From the NCBI GenBank assembly GCA_032718475.1, contig JAUCBJ010008780.1, positions 19,270 through 83,269 of the forward strand: DNA of 64,000 nucleotides, given 5' to 3'. This stretch comes from Nemertoderma westbladi. Taxonomy: Eukaryota; Animalia; Xenacoelomorpha. Made by a program: the position numbers and the translations under genes. Below the pieces are notes generated by a model. It ran no database searches, was not told where the DNA came from, and saw only the letters and a program-made list of their open reading frames with translations. Of the stretch, positions 12,790-24,076 are shown one piece after another (the stretch's first letter is position 1; every line of letters begins with the position of its first letter).

Positions 12790-13407
12790 ATGCCAATGTC
12801 CACAAATAAAGTCAACTGCCCCATCTGCGATAAAGAGATGCGGAGCAATAATTTACCCCGCCACATTAAAACTCATTTCGCGCAATATAGATGCGACTGC
12901 AGCTGGACCTGGTCCTCCAAAAAGAAGACTATGGTTGCCCTAGACCTATGGTTGCCCCCGACAAGAACTCCTATACCCAGTCCGACTATTACGAGTGCTC
13001 AGATCGCGAAACCATTTTCTGCATATCTCACACTGATCGGTATTAGTACCTTGCCGATCGAGCAAGATCCGCGCCATCAAGAGGGCGCTCCACAACTAAA
13101 CTATTATCGCGACTCAGACGAATTCATCGAAGAAACCCCAAGGAGACGAACATCAGGCGAACCAAACCCGCGGGTTTGGAATACGTGAATGGATCATCGA
13201 CCCAGTTCGAAGGAAAACTTCTGGGTTAAACTGGAAGAAGGATCATATGAAAGGCAAAGGCTTACCCAAATAGAGCCAACAGCTCAGCGGAACCCTAGCC
13301 AGGAGTTAAGCGCCAGTCTAGCGCAAGCTATATCACCCCACATCCAACCTACAATGGACATGCTTAGTAACTTACAGCTAAAGAAAGCAGCCCAGGTAAG
13401 GACTAAT
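12790..13407 (+). pseudogene. gag: 5' part of gag of BEL element C, interrupted by element B
   Basis: Frame ...KKAAQVRTN continues after the insertion as TNSNPSRQEQ (27553+). N-terminal CPIC...H...H zinc finger. Confidence 0.7.
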
Positions 13408-14618
13408 TGTTCGCGCTTTTGAAGACCTTTAGCAGTTTAACCTGCCAAAATTTATATGTCTTTTAGTTAATTAAAACACCTTTAGCATACGACAATATTT
13501 TATGCTAATAAACAAAACATTAGCCGAAGTCAGCCCATGCGCGATCATTCACCCGATGGATCTACACCAGGGAGGCTGAATTCGGATGCTTAAATTATAT
13601 TATTGCAGTGTAAGGTTGCAGTGTGAACCTACTGTATTATTCGATAGATCGTTAATAATTAATCTCTGACAGATATTATTGGCTTTCGGGAAATATTAAC
13701 AGTTCCTTTAGGACGTGGCGCTCTATCTATTTAAACAGAACTAGGACTTATACTAAACGCAACGATACCGCTTATGATTAAAGTATAAGGCGTATTCTTT
13801 AGGAAATACTTTGTTACCAATCACAATCATGTACACTATTCTGCCGACCGTCAGTATATTTGACCACACATAAAGAGAGCAGCAATTGACTCATGTAGGG
13901 TCTGCTAAATAACATTAGATTCAATACACACCACATTAATATAAATCGCAATTGTTATGTATAGCCTGTCTCTCTAACCTGTAGTGTATCAAGAAAATTG
14001 GGAATTTTGGGTGATTTATCCGTATTCTTCAAAGAGCAATAATTCATCAACAAATAGATACAATTAACAACTGACGGTAAATAACAGTACAAACAATATG
14101 ATTAGTGCAGTTAAATTAAATGATTGAGACTCGTTAAGTTCGTTAGTTAAGTGAGTTAAGGTAACAGTTATACTTTCGGTAATTTAAGCAGTTTTACTAA
14201 AGTTCTTCCCAAAAGCCGGTGTTATGGCGAAAAATGGGAACACAACAACAGAATCATATAAAATCATATGACTACTTGACTATACGAGGATACCAACTAC
14301 CCTTATTCCCCGAAGCTCCCGTCCAACACAGAGGATGAGCATACAGATAGGAAATTCAGTTCAGTAGCTCTGGGATAGGTCAAAATCAACGCCCACTCAA
14401 ATTCTATTGGCCGATACGGACAGCAAGGCTAAGGCAACCTCCCTAAGCTGGTTGGCCGCCGATCGAACAGAACCCAGATACTCTCGTACAGCCCATCAGC
14501 CAATAAGCTGGTAGCTTGCACTATTTTACCTATAGCTCCCTTTTAGAGTATTCTAGCGACCGGGGGGGAACTGGCCAGCAAAGGCAAACGTATCAGTTAT
14601 CCCACAAAAGCTTTTACA
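13408..14618 (-). repeat. 3' LTR of element B
   Basis: Direct repeat of 26342-27552; bordered by PPT complement CCGCTCCCA. Confidence 0.97.
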
Positions 14619-14696
14619 CCGCTCCCAGAAAATGGGATTTAAGTCTATAAAATATACAAAATCACAGTTTCTAAAATATAAAAATACTCTAAACAG

Positions 14697-16472
14697 TTAG
14701 TCTTTCTTGCGCGGATGGCGTTTACGCAGTTTTTTAAAGCTAGCAAGAGTCCTTTTCTCTTTGGGGCGAGCCACTTTACGAGGAGGGCTATAACTCCTGG
14801 GTGAAGGGTGCAATATGATTGCATCAGAAGGTATGGGATTACGATCGGTATATCCGCCGGTCGAAGTACCGGGTTGATTGACATCAACGTCCGGGGAGAG
14901 GGGTCTAACGGCTTTGAGAGCTCGTTTCAAGACAGCCGCTCTTACGGGTCCTGTACGAGTGGTCTGCACGAGGGCCGTGGGTGGACCATAGGTAGTTAGA
15001 AACTTCCTTGGTTTAATGGTTCTTTCCAACTCGCGTTCGCGGGCTCGATACTCGTAAGGCCGTCGATATACTTCCTGTAACTCGGGGTGTGAGTTGACAA
15101 ATAAGTCTCCATAGGCAGGGTCTTGACGGATAAAGTTTATTAAGTTGTAAGAATGGATGTCACTCGGATTAATGCTCCTGAGGAATTTGCGTACATATTT
15201 AGTTGAAATACATTCTCCAACGCGCTTCAATAGTTCATAACTTGATAGGCGTGATTTCTGCTCGACGGAGGCAAACAAATAAGGATGGAACGCATAAACT
15301 CCTTCGTAAGCGCGTCCAGGGTAATAGCGATGGCGTGAATCACAATGTAAATCAGCGTTCGCTTCCCAAGCTCTGATATAACGTAGTACAATCATTTCAT
15401 CTACGCTCTCTAAATCATGATTAAAGGGACAATCAAAGCTGGCGTGTCCTTTTAATTGACAATGATGGCATTGAGTCATAAATTGGGGGCAGACAGCAAA
15501 AATGTGCAAATTATTAAGCCGACAATATGCACAATAGATTTCCATCGACGGTTGCTCGTGGAAATAGGAACAGAGATCGTTGGTGTCCATAGACGTAATA
15601 TGGTCTCTCGATGCGCACAGCCGACAACGTTGTCTAGAAACATAATTGGCATGGCGATAATCATACGCAGTAAGACACTGTGGACCTTGATACCATTCCA
15701 ATATGTAGTCGCTATCGCTACTCCGAGACATGGGGGGCTGAATCTCTTCAGATTCTAAACATATGGGTTCGTCTTCCCCTTGTATAGTTGAGGTAGGCGT
15801 GGCTGTCTCCTCAAGTGGACCTATCGTCTGAATTTCCACGACAGAATAACCTGTGGGGATCCGAGGTCTTTGGATAACCGAGGAGTGCAGGTTTATTATA
15901 CAAATGTCTTTGAAAATAGCGAATCCAGCGCTATCTAACTTCTCCGCAGCCGAGTCTCTTAAGCTGAGCTTGGTCAAAGCGCGGTCTTTGAATTGGCTAT
16001 CCACGTTGCGAAACGGGGTTAAAAACCGTCGGAAACATTCAAAGCAGATGAATTTATTATGTTCATCTAGCTTAGCGAGTTTGGTCCCAAGGATTAATGG
16101 ATGGGCGCGTATAATGCGACTGCACACATCGGCTAGCCAACCGGAAAGTGCGGTGTTTTCGAAGATCGTGTAGATAGCTAAGGAGGGACGGAGTGGAACA
16201 CTCATGAAGCTATACACGGCGCCAGGTGCGGTCAACGGTCCGTCAAAGTATAATCGAGAATAATGGTCTCCGTATACTTGTTGATAGTTGATGGGATTTC
16301 CGACCTTGAAATTCCATCCGTATTCCTGAAAAGCAAGATGTCCGATGGAAGTTCGTTGCACCTTTGTAATGTTGCTAGACGCATTAGCATACATGGTGCG
16401 AAAGAAACCTCGGCTTTCTGCCCAGGGAACAATCAGCTGAGTATCCACGAAAGGGTATGGAATGTTCTCCAT
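14697..16472 (-). CDS. Accessory 591-aa protein with Cys/His zinc-knuckle cluster and basic C-terminal tail
   Basis: Uninterrupted ORF. CRLCASRDH..., CAYCRLNNLHIFAVC, CHHCQLKGHASFDC (CX2CX4HX4C). C-terminus KKLRKRHPRKKD. Confidence 0.8.
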   Translation of the reverse strand: MENIPYPFVDTQLIVPWAESRGFFRTMYANASSNITKVQRTSIGHLAFQEYGWNFKVGNPINYQQVYGDHYSRLYFDGPLTAPGAVYSFMSVPLRPSLAIYTIFENTALSGWLADVCSRIIRAHPLILGTKLAKLDEHNKFICFECFRRFLTPFRNVDSQFKDRALTKLSLRDSAAEKLDSAGFAIFKDICIINLHSSVIQRPRIPTGYSVVEIQTIGPLEETATPTSTIQGEDEPICLESEEIQPPMSRSSDSDYILEWYQGPQCLTAYDYRHANYVSRQRCRLCASRDHITSMDTNDLCSYFHEQPSMEIYCAYCRLNNLHIFAVCPQFMTQCHHCQLKGHASFDCPFNHDLESVDEMIVLRYIRAWEANADLHCDSRHRYYPGRAYEGVYAFHPYLFASVEQKSRLSSYELLKRVGECISTKYVRKFLRSINPSDIHSYNLINFIRQDPAYGDLFVNSHPELQEVYRRPYEYRARERELERTIKPRKFLTTYGPPTALVQTTRTGPVRAAVLKRALKAVRPLSPDVDVNQPGTSTGGYTDRNPIPSDAIILHPSPRSYSPPRKVARPKEKRTLASFKKLRKRHPRKKD

Positions 16473-17138
16473 ATTCCTGTTGCACGCCTAACATGTTTTC
16501 CGCCATCGATGGGAGAGGGCAAGGAAAACCTATGACACATTCAACAAGGTTTAAAATACGATCTCAGTAGGAGGATTATGTCATTCGAAGATTATCTCCA
16601 AATTAATTTATCCCCAATTATTAAGGGAGGTGAACAACCAGATTTATGACACACAATGGTACCAGTTGTTCACAGACTAGCCGCGTATCCTTTTAGTCCT
16701 TGTATCGGGTTGTGGACCTAAGGAAATTATCGGTGGTTGATTATGTAATCAACGACAAAGAGATGGGCGTTGATATTATAAATACCAACACAATGGTATA
16801 TGGACAGGAGGTGCGGACACGAATATAGGCATCCAGATAAACAGTAAAGGGTGGGGAGATTTATTAGGAAGCGGTATGATTCATACCACGATACCACTAT
16901 GATTGGTCGATCGATGAAGGGAGTAAAGAGGAGGAAGGAGATATGGTAGTATCCATAAGACACCACAATGGACATGTTTTCCGTTACCTCATCATTCATT
17001 CTTATCTGCTTACTGTGACACTGATCACAATAATTACAGGAAAACGATGAAGGAAGAGAAAGTTACAGCCTCCCGAAGGAGACCGCCCGCGAGCACCCGT
17101 GCCCCGGGGAAAACTATTCACATTATGGACCCTAGACA

Positions 17139-17768
17139 TCAACTCATGTCTCTTCTCCAGTGGTTCCCTTCTATTAGTTCAAAGCTATCTGAGACAACAG
17201 ATAGTGGACGATCTGCGGTAAGATACATCATGGTGAAATAGAGTCGTTTGAGTTCTACCATGGGATCGTGATGTATACCTTGAGGATATCGAGTCTCTAG
17301 GTTCTGTTGACTGGCAATATTGAGATAGGTTTCTCTCAAAAATTCCAAGTAGTCGTTGAAGTTAATACGCTTATCGGGTTCTTCAACGTTTTCTCTGTCG
17401 AGTAGGTTGCGAATAGAGTTCTCGTGTTCTATTCTCGGTTTATCATTACGATTCCGCTGGGCATGATATTTAAATAAAACCATTTCCCTTTCGGTGTCTA
17501 CATCATCAGTATCATGTAAATCGGTAGGATGGCCGGTAGTTAAGAAGTCCATATACGTACCATTACGATTCGTATAGCGAGCGGTGAATTTTCTATAGTC
17601 CGATTCACGCGTAAGTTGTTCCTGGGACATCGGCGGTTCGATATAACGACCATCGTCCTCCGTAATAGTCGGATCGGCTTCACCGCGTATCAAGCTATCC
17701 ACAAACGCTTGTAAAGGTAGAGTATATCGCTCTCTAATACCAAGGTCATCTTCTATCAATTCCGTCAT
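17139..17768 (-). CDS. Accessory 209-aa ORF of element B (unknown function, possibly truncated)
   Basis: ATG-initiated ORF conserved with 4184-4750 of element A; preceded by conserved TAGCAGAT. Confidence 0.7.
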   Translation of the reverse strand: MTELIEDDLGIRERYTLPLQAFVDSLIRGEADPTITEDDGRYIEPPMSQEQLTRESDYRKFTARYTNRNGTYMDFLTTGHPTDLHDTDDVDTEREMVLFKYHAQRNRNDKPRIEHENSIRNLLDRENVEEPDKRINFNDYLEFLRETYLNIASQQNLETRYPQGIHHDPMVELKRLYFTMMYLTADRPLSVVSDSFELIEGNHWRRDMS

Positions 17769-19387
17769 ATCTGCTATCTGAGTTTATTAATATCAATATG
17801 AGTTAATATTTTAGGCAAGCGGGCGTCGCTGCCTACTAGGCTTTGCCCCCGGACAGTGGGTTTCTCAGCGCCGATGTACCGTTGTCGCAGTGTTTACGCC
17901 AACATGTAGCAACAGCACGACAACGATAACCGGCACAAGTCCCACCACTGTCCGTCCCAAAGGCTTGAATCCACTTGAGGTTATCTCGGTAGAGTTAGGG
18001 CTACTTTACAATTGCGATTAGCTACTGTAAACACACTTTAGTAGTAACATTCACCTATAAACGCACAAATTCCATACAATCATTACTTACTGCACACATG
18101 CATGCCATTTGTCCGTTAGTCAGTGTCTTCCAGAATGTCACGTTATTACTGTGTATCCTTGGATACTAATAGTGCGCTATGTATACTCTTATGTTACGCA
18201 ATGGGGCAAGCTTTTTATTGTTCCTTTAACTTGCTTCTAATTCTAGCATGGGTGTTGCCATGGTGACATTATGGAAAACTAGCGGTAGAATTAGGGTAAT
18301 TCTCATGCATACAGATCTGGGATGTTATTTTAGTAATTCTTTAATTGTCAATATCCTCTTTATGCATGATTTTATAAATTTTATCGGCTATTGACTGTAT
18401 GTTGGAGATTCTCGCACTCTAGTACACTCAATATAAATCTCCGCTCCCATGATCTATTAATTACTGGAATTTTGGGAATGTTATAAATTGCACAAAATGA
18501 CAATTTATGAAATTCATTTGAATATGAATTTAAATTTATTCCCGTGAATTTTATTATTTGATGTTAAATTGACACAAATTTTATTCCAGAGCATATCTGG
18601 GGACTTAGGATCCTTAATTCTATAAAATAGTCCTTCTAAGAATATCGGTAAATACTGCGATATCTTAATTGACTAGAAATTTTAAAGGATCAGGATTTTA
18701 CAGATTTTAATAAATATTAAATTAATATTTAGGATGAGCACCGATTTATTCCAGAACTTGTCTGGGGACGTTAACCACTGATTCTAGAATTTGTCTTTCA
18801 AGTATATCGGTGGGTGCCACGATATCTTAATCGACTAGAATTACAGATGGTCAAAAAGTTTAACAGATTTATTTGCGATTTACGCTACTGTTAGAGGGAC
18901 ATCACGCTACTATATGTATTATTTGTTATAAGGTAGAAGAGCAATATCGCACGAAGCAATGTCAGTGTGAAGAGGCAAGTCGTTTCCAAGGTCTACCCAG
19001 AGCTTGGTTTAGCCGAGACACGAGGATCTGAACTTTGCATTCCCAATACTCTGCCTACCAATAATACTTGAATATAGTAGTGGCTTTATTGTACTTTAAG
19101 AAGTACGGACATTTCATCTTACTGTAGTCACGTATTTATAATATGATACGGACAGTAAGGGAAGAGAAAAATAATTATTTCTTGCCGTCGCACTAAATAT
19201 ATTGTAAGTAATTAAATACGTAATAAACACTAATATATTGCACTAATTTACTAAATATTCTAAAATAACATTCTACTAAATAAAATTAAAGAAAACGATT
19301 ATAATAAAATTACATAATAATACATACATAAATATAAAATAAAAACAAATATAAAATGATATAGTCACACGCCCACTCCACATGCTA

Positions 19388-22300
19388 TCACGTTATGGAG
19401 TCCCTAGATATTTGTCGGATTAGGGAAGTAGTCGTAGGAAGAGTATCTTGCCTTCCATAGTTTTCGGACAGTTTTCGGTCTCTTTCCAGTAAACATAAAC
19501 GACTAGCTGGGCGATTGAGTTGTTGTGTTACTTTCTCCGCTCCCTTGGCCTGTCTAATTTCTGCCGTGGTAAGATGAGGAGGCCATTCTTCTTCTTCTTT
19601 ACTTAAGGAGTCGGATCCACCTAACCAGCCTGGAGTATCTATCAGTTCTTGAGGAGTTGCTCCTCTGGAAGCGATGTCGGCTGGATTAATCGTCCCAAGG
19701 CAATGTCTCCATTGATCTACATTGGAGTTAATATCGTCATTATCTGAGGAGTATGGTGTTCCCTCAGTTGGATCGTCCACATCACTGCTCTCCACTTCCC
19801 ATTCCTTTACTTGGTATACCTGTTGTTGAGGTAATCTCTCTTTGAGAGTTCTACGGGAAGGGCCAGTGAAGTACCAACCTACTCTAGTTCTTACCGCATA
19901 AGTTTGTAATGGCTGTGGTTGAGCAGGCCGTTTCTCTAATGTTTCGAGCGCCTCGTGCGCGTTTTGGCCGATGAGTATTTGCACTCCAGGATAATCTGTC
20001 TGGAATCGAGGTATCTTAAGATGTTGGATGCTCTCATCTTCGTCCCAATTATAAAGGTCTGCTTGAGTAGTAGCAAAGTTCTTTATAGCCACCATTTTTA
20101 CTGACCTTATACCTTGTGTTCCTAACTTATCCTGGGGGGTGGACAACACACCTACATAGTAATCTGCCGTTAGGGTAGATTTCCAAACCTGCATAATTCC
20201 TGACATATTCAATTTAGTCCGGAACTTGGGTTGTCCAGCAAAGATATCTTCGGCTAGTTCTTGATCGATGAATGTTCCTGTGCTGCCGGAGTCAAGTAGG
20301 GCGTTCACTATGTAACTCTTGTTGAGACCATGAACTCGAACTTGCACTACAGGAAATTCTCTTATTCCTATGTTGGAAGTTGGAACTTTCCAAGATGGTT
20401 GTTTGTCAAAAGGAGTTGGAGTAAACTCGTCAGTGTCCTTTTCATCCGTAAGTGCTCGATACACTGTGGTATTTATTAGATAACAGGATTCGTTGGCATC
20501 GGAGAATTCGTCTGTATAGAATCCTTCCCACTCAGAACCTTGGTCAGTGTCGTTCACATCACTGAATTGGACATGTAGTTCGGGCTCACTTACCTGACTC
20601 GGGTTGTCTCGTTCGAACTCACTGTGTAACAAGATGTGATGTTTCGCGCCACACTTTGCACACTTTACGTCGGAGTAACAGGTTCGCCGTTGGTGTCCTG
20701 ATCTGAGGCAATTATAGCATAACCGCTTATTCCACAGGACTGTACGTCTGTCTACAGGTGATTTCTTTAGAAATTCAGCACACGCACTCAAACGGTGGGG
20801 CCCGTCGCACAGCGCACATTTTGGTTTGATGTTACTCACCTTAACTTGGTTAACGTTCTGCACTCTCGTTCTTTCTTCGGGCTTTCTTCCGTGAATTCTC
20901 TTAGGAGACGTAGGAGGAGTTGTTGTTACCTGTTCTCTCCTGTCACTGGTTCGAGACTTGTATTTACTTATGTCTTTATAGGTCTTGTTGTCATAGTAAG
21001 ATTTTGCTGTGTCTTTCCCGCTGTCCTCTTCTTGAGAAGCTTGGCTTTCGCCGTCGTCAGTATAACACACTGGTATTATCCTTCTCCTAGAAACGGGTTT
21101 CTCACTTACCTTATTTTCCGATGTTTTCTCTCTGGACTGCCTTATGAGTTGTAATTTTACTTCACTATCTAAGAAGGACATGAGATCAGCCATGGTAGGA
21201 CTTCGTCGTTGTTGTTCATTCATGTACAACACTTTCTTGTCCCAGCGCGTACATACTCCACCCTTTGGTAAAGTAGAGACTACGGCTCCAATGACCATGG
21301 AACTCTGATATTCATGCGACTTACCTAACCAGTCCAGTTGTCTACAGATCTCTTGAATTTCATCGGAAAACTCTATAATCCCGCTACTAAGGAAGTGTCG
21401 GGGGGCTACTAATTTTGCATACAAATACTTAGCTATGTTATCCTTGTTACCATACCTGATGTTTAGTGTATCCCAAACTTGTCTTAATCCATCTGGATGT
21501 CCAATAAACTTTAACGCCATTAACTTGGGAGGTCCTTCCAAGCACTTGATGAGGAATCTAAGTTTCTCTCCGTTAGATAGTACAGAGTTCTGTATGCTAT
21601 CTTTGTAATATTCGTTGAAAGGTAACCATTTCATCTCATCTCCATTGAATTTGACGATCTCTCCCACTTTGACCGCTTGGCGGGCTTCTGTTCTAGCCAT
21701 CTGACGCGTAAAGCTTTCTTGGGCCATCGTGTTATTTAATATCGAATTATCGGTATATAAATTTCTCGGATCATTATCAAGTCTATAGGGAATATCATTA
21801 ATAACAGGTCTATAATCACCCTTAATAGGGTTTGCTATAGGAGTTTCAACTTCACTAGCAGTGTAGATGCGTTTAGGCTCCACACCTTGCGCATGTAGTA
21901 CTTCAGACCTAACAGGTTGACACAAAGTTACAGGGGGTATTGGTATGCCCTTTTGTATATTGACTAATTTGTCGCGTTCTAGCGCGATACTTTGCTGCAC
22001 TTCTTGCAACTCTGCTCTACTTTCCCTCACTGTTCCCTTATGTTGGTGGACAGTCTCCTGCATCTGTCCCAGCAGGAGATTCATCCCACGCCGTCCCTCT
22101 TCCACCCACTCAACCGCCGAAGCGGGAGTCGCCAACATAGTAGCGGGCTGACGCGGGACGACGGGAGACAAATTTTTAATTTCTCTCTCTGCTATCTGGA
22201 CAGGGATATTCTCTTGGACTGTTCCACCGGGTACAGGCAGTGTAGTACTATGTAAAGGGAATTTTGAGTTAAGCTCTGGAAGTACAGGGGTCTCTAACAC

Positions 22301-24076
22301 AGAAGTGACTTTGGGAACGACAGGCCTAATTATCTCAGGCTCATCAACTATCGTAGAGAGTCTTTGGACCTTAATACTTTGGGCCGTAGGTTCTATACTA
22401 CTCAAGTCTGTGCTAGCTAGCTGTCTTCTAACAGCTGGGGGCAAATCAGGCAATTTGCGACGGTAAGATGTTTTTCTACGCCTACTTAGATGAGATCTAT
22501 TTCCTCCGCCTTCAGGATCGGTAGTGTCGCCTTCCTCCGAGGATGTGTATCCCTGGCGCTTGGGAGTAGATTTTCTCATCATCTGCATCTGATTAGCAGT
22601 AAACTGTTTATTTATACTGTCTTGCGTCTCTTGCAGATTTTCCAACTCTAGTTGGATAGTCTCCTCAGACGCTCTCCGTTCTGCTTCTGCCACTGTTGCC
22701 TTTCTTTCGGCTTCCGCCGCTTTTCTTTCTGCTTCTGCTTCTGCTGCTTTTCTTTCGGCTTCTGCTTCTGCCGCTTTTGCCTTTCTTTCGGCTTCTGCTT
22801 CTGCCGCTTTTGCCTTTCTTTCGGCTTCTGCTTCTGCTGCTTTTCTTTCGGCTTCTGCTTCTTTTCTTTCTGCTTCTGCTTCCGCCGCCGCTGCTGCTGC
22901 TACCTTTCTTCTCTCTATCAGTTCTTTCTTTACTTGTTCTTCTCGGACTCTAGTGAGGCGGAGTTTTTCATCACATTCAGCTTGGTTTGCAGCTAACATT
23001 TCGGCATCGATTGAGTCCAACACAAGCTTGGTTCCTTCACTATTAGGGGAAAGTCCAGACAGCCGTCTCCTCAACTCTTCGTCTCCTAGGAATCGCTGAT
23101 AGTCGGACAAATAAATGTCGATAGCGTCTCTAGTTCGCGGTTTCTCGGCGGTCTCTTCGCTTTCCGCTTGAGAAAGGGTGACATCAGTTTGTTCTTTACA
23201 GGTTGATCTCTCAGCCAGCTGGGATTTCCACTGGGCCGTTTCCTGTACTTTGAGATCTACCCGATGTAACCAAGTTTTGACAGCAACCTGCAGCGACGTG
23301 TCCTGTCTTCTTTTGGAAGTTTCCTCAAAGGCTGAGAGGATTAGTCGTATGCATAGGGTTCTTTCGCGTATTTGATATAGCAGCTCTTCCTGCTCTTGAG
23401 GTCCTTGAGGTTGTCGAAACAGTTGTTCTTCCAATCGATCCAAGGAGCCGAAGAATCCCTGCACATATCCTGCTGCCGACCTCTTCCAAACAGCTGGATC
23501 CATAGTATCTTTAGCCACTCCCATCCTGTGTATATCTTCCCAAGTAGCCTCGGACAGATCCAACGGGAGTCCGAGTCCGGGAAAGTTCCATTGTGATTCA
23601 ACAATAGACATCAATTCTTCCCTGGCGTATCCCGCATAATTATCTTGGGTCGCTCGCTTATTTCTCGCCCAGTCGGCTTGATGTTCCTCCACCGCAATAT
23701 ATATAGTAGTTAGCACTGCAGCAGGAAGGGTAAGAAGGGGGTCCGAGTATACTGTAGCAGCCATCTGCACTCCGCGTTCGGGGGTCAGCTCTACAGTATC
23801 CGAACTGCTGGAGCTATCAGGTCGCTGGGAAGTAGGTTCTTGACCAAGATGTTGCTGCGATAGGACAGCTGCCTCTTGGTTCCGTTTGACCTGTGCCCGA
23901 GTGCCTATGATGGACCTATGGTGGATTAGCCTAGGGTCTGATACTACTGGAGGGATGACCTTTTTTGCAGTAGGAGGTGAGCTGAACTCCTTTCTTATTC
24001 GCTCCACACTCCTATCTGAGTCACAGATAGTTGTATCGATCAGACTGTCTGACAGGTTTTGCTGAGTGTCAGACAT
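19388..24076 (-). CDS. gag: BEL/Pao Gag-protease polyprotein (1562 aa) with RT, most of RNase H and integrase deleted in frame
   Basis: Coiled-coil AEAERK repeats, DUF1759-like KFNGDEMKWLPF, three zinc knuckles (CALCDGPH..C, CYNC....H....C, CAKCGAKHH), protease LLDSGS, then DQWRHCLGTINPADIASRG fused to the pol C-terminus seen in element A. Confidence 0.93.
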   Translation of the reverse strand: MSDTQQNLSDSLIDTTICDSDRSVERIRKEFSSPPTAKKVIPPVVSDPRLIHHRSIIGTRAQVKRNQEAAVLSQQHLGQEPTSQRPDSSSSSDTVELTPERGVQMAATVYSDPLLTLPAAVLTTIYIAVEEHQADWARNKRATQDNYAGYAREELMSIVESQWNFPGLGLPLDLSEATWEDIHRMGVAKDTMDPAVWKRSAAGYVQGFFGSLDRLEEQLFRQPQGPQEQEELLYQIRERTLCIRLILSAFEETSKRRQDTSLQVAVKTWLHRVDLKVQETAQWKSQLAERSTCKEQTDVTLSQAESEETAEKPRTRDAIDIYLSDYQRFLGDEELRRRLSGLSPNSEGTKLVLDSIDAEMLAANQAECDEKLRLTRVREEQVKKELIERRKVAAAAAAEAEAERKEAEAERKAAEAEAERKAKAAEAEAERKAKAAEAEAERKAAEAEAERKAAEAERKATVAEAERRASEETIQLELENLQETQDSINKQFTANQMQMMRKSTPKRQGYTSSEEGDTTDPEGGGNRSHLSRRRKTSYRRKLPDLPPAVRRQLASTDLSSIEPTAQSIKVQRLSTIVDEPEIIRPVVPKVTSVLETPVLPELNSKFPLHSTTLPVPGGTVQENIPVQIAEREIKNLSPVVPRQPATMLATPASAVEWVEEGRRGMNLLLGQMQETVHQHKGTVRESRAELQEVQQSIALERDKLVNIQKGIPIPPVTLCQPVRSEVLHAQGVEPKRIYTASEVETPIANPIKGDYRPVINDIPYRLDNDPRNLYTDNSILNNTMAQESFTRQMARTEARQAVKVGEIVKFNGDEMKWLPFNEYYKDSIQNSVLSNGEKLRFLIKCLEGPPKLMALKFIGHPDGLRQVWDTLNIRYGNKDNIAKYLYAKLVAPRHFLSSGIIEFSDEIQEICRQLDWLGKSHEYQSSMVIGAVVSTLPKGGVCTRWDKKVLYMNEQQRRSPTMADLMSFLDSEVKLQLIRQSREKTSENKVSEKPVSRRRIIPVCYTDDGESQASQEEDSGKDTAKSYYDNKTYKDISKYKSRTSDRREQVTTTPPTSPKRIHGRKPEERTRVQNVNQVKVSNIKPKCALCDGPHRLSACAEFLKKSPVDRRTVLWNKRLCYNCLRSGHQRRTCYSDVKCAKCGAKHHILLHSEFERDNPSQVSEPELHVQFSDVNDTDQGSEWEGFYTDEFSDANESCYLINTTVYRALTDEKDTDEFTPTPFDKQPSWKVPTSNIGIREFPVVQVRVHGLNKSYIVNALLDSGSTGTFIDQELAEDIFAGQPKFRTKLNMSGIMQVWKSTLTADYYVGVLSTPQDKLGTQGIRSVKMVAIKNFATTQADLYNWDEDESIQHLKIPRFQTDYPGVQILIGQNAHEALETLEKRPAQPQPLQTYAVRTRVGWYFTGPSRRTLKERLPQQQVYQVKEWEVESSDVDDPTEGTPYSSDNDDINSNVDQWRHCLGTINPADIASRGATPQELIDTPGWLGGSDSLSKEEEEWPPHLTTAEIRQAKGAEKVTQQLNRPASRLCLLERDRKLSENYGRQDTLPTTTSLIRQISRDSIT

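Noticed and set aside
14697-16472. env gene
   Set aside because: No signal peptide, fusion peptide or transmembrane anchor visible.
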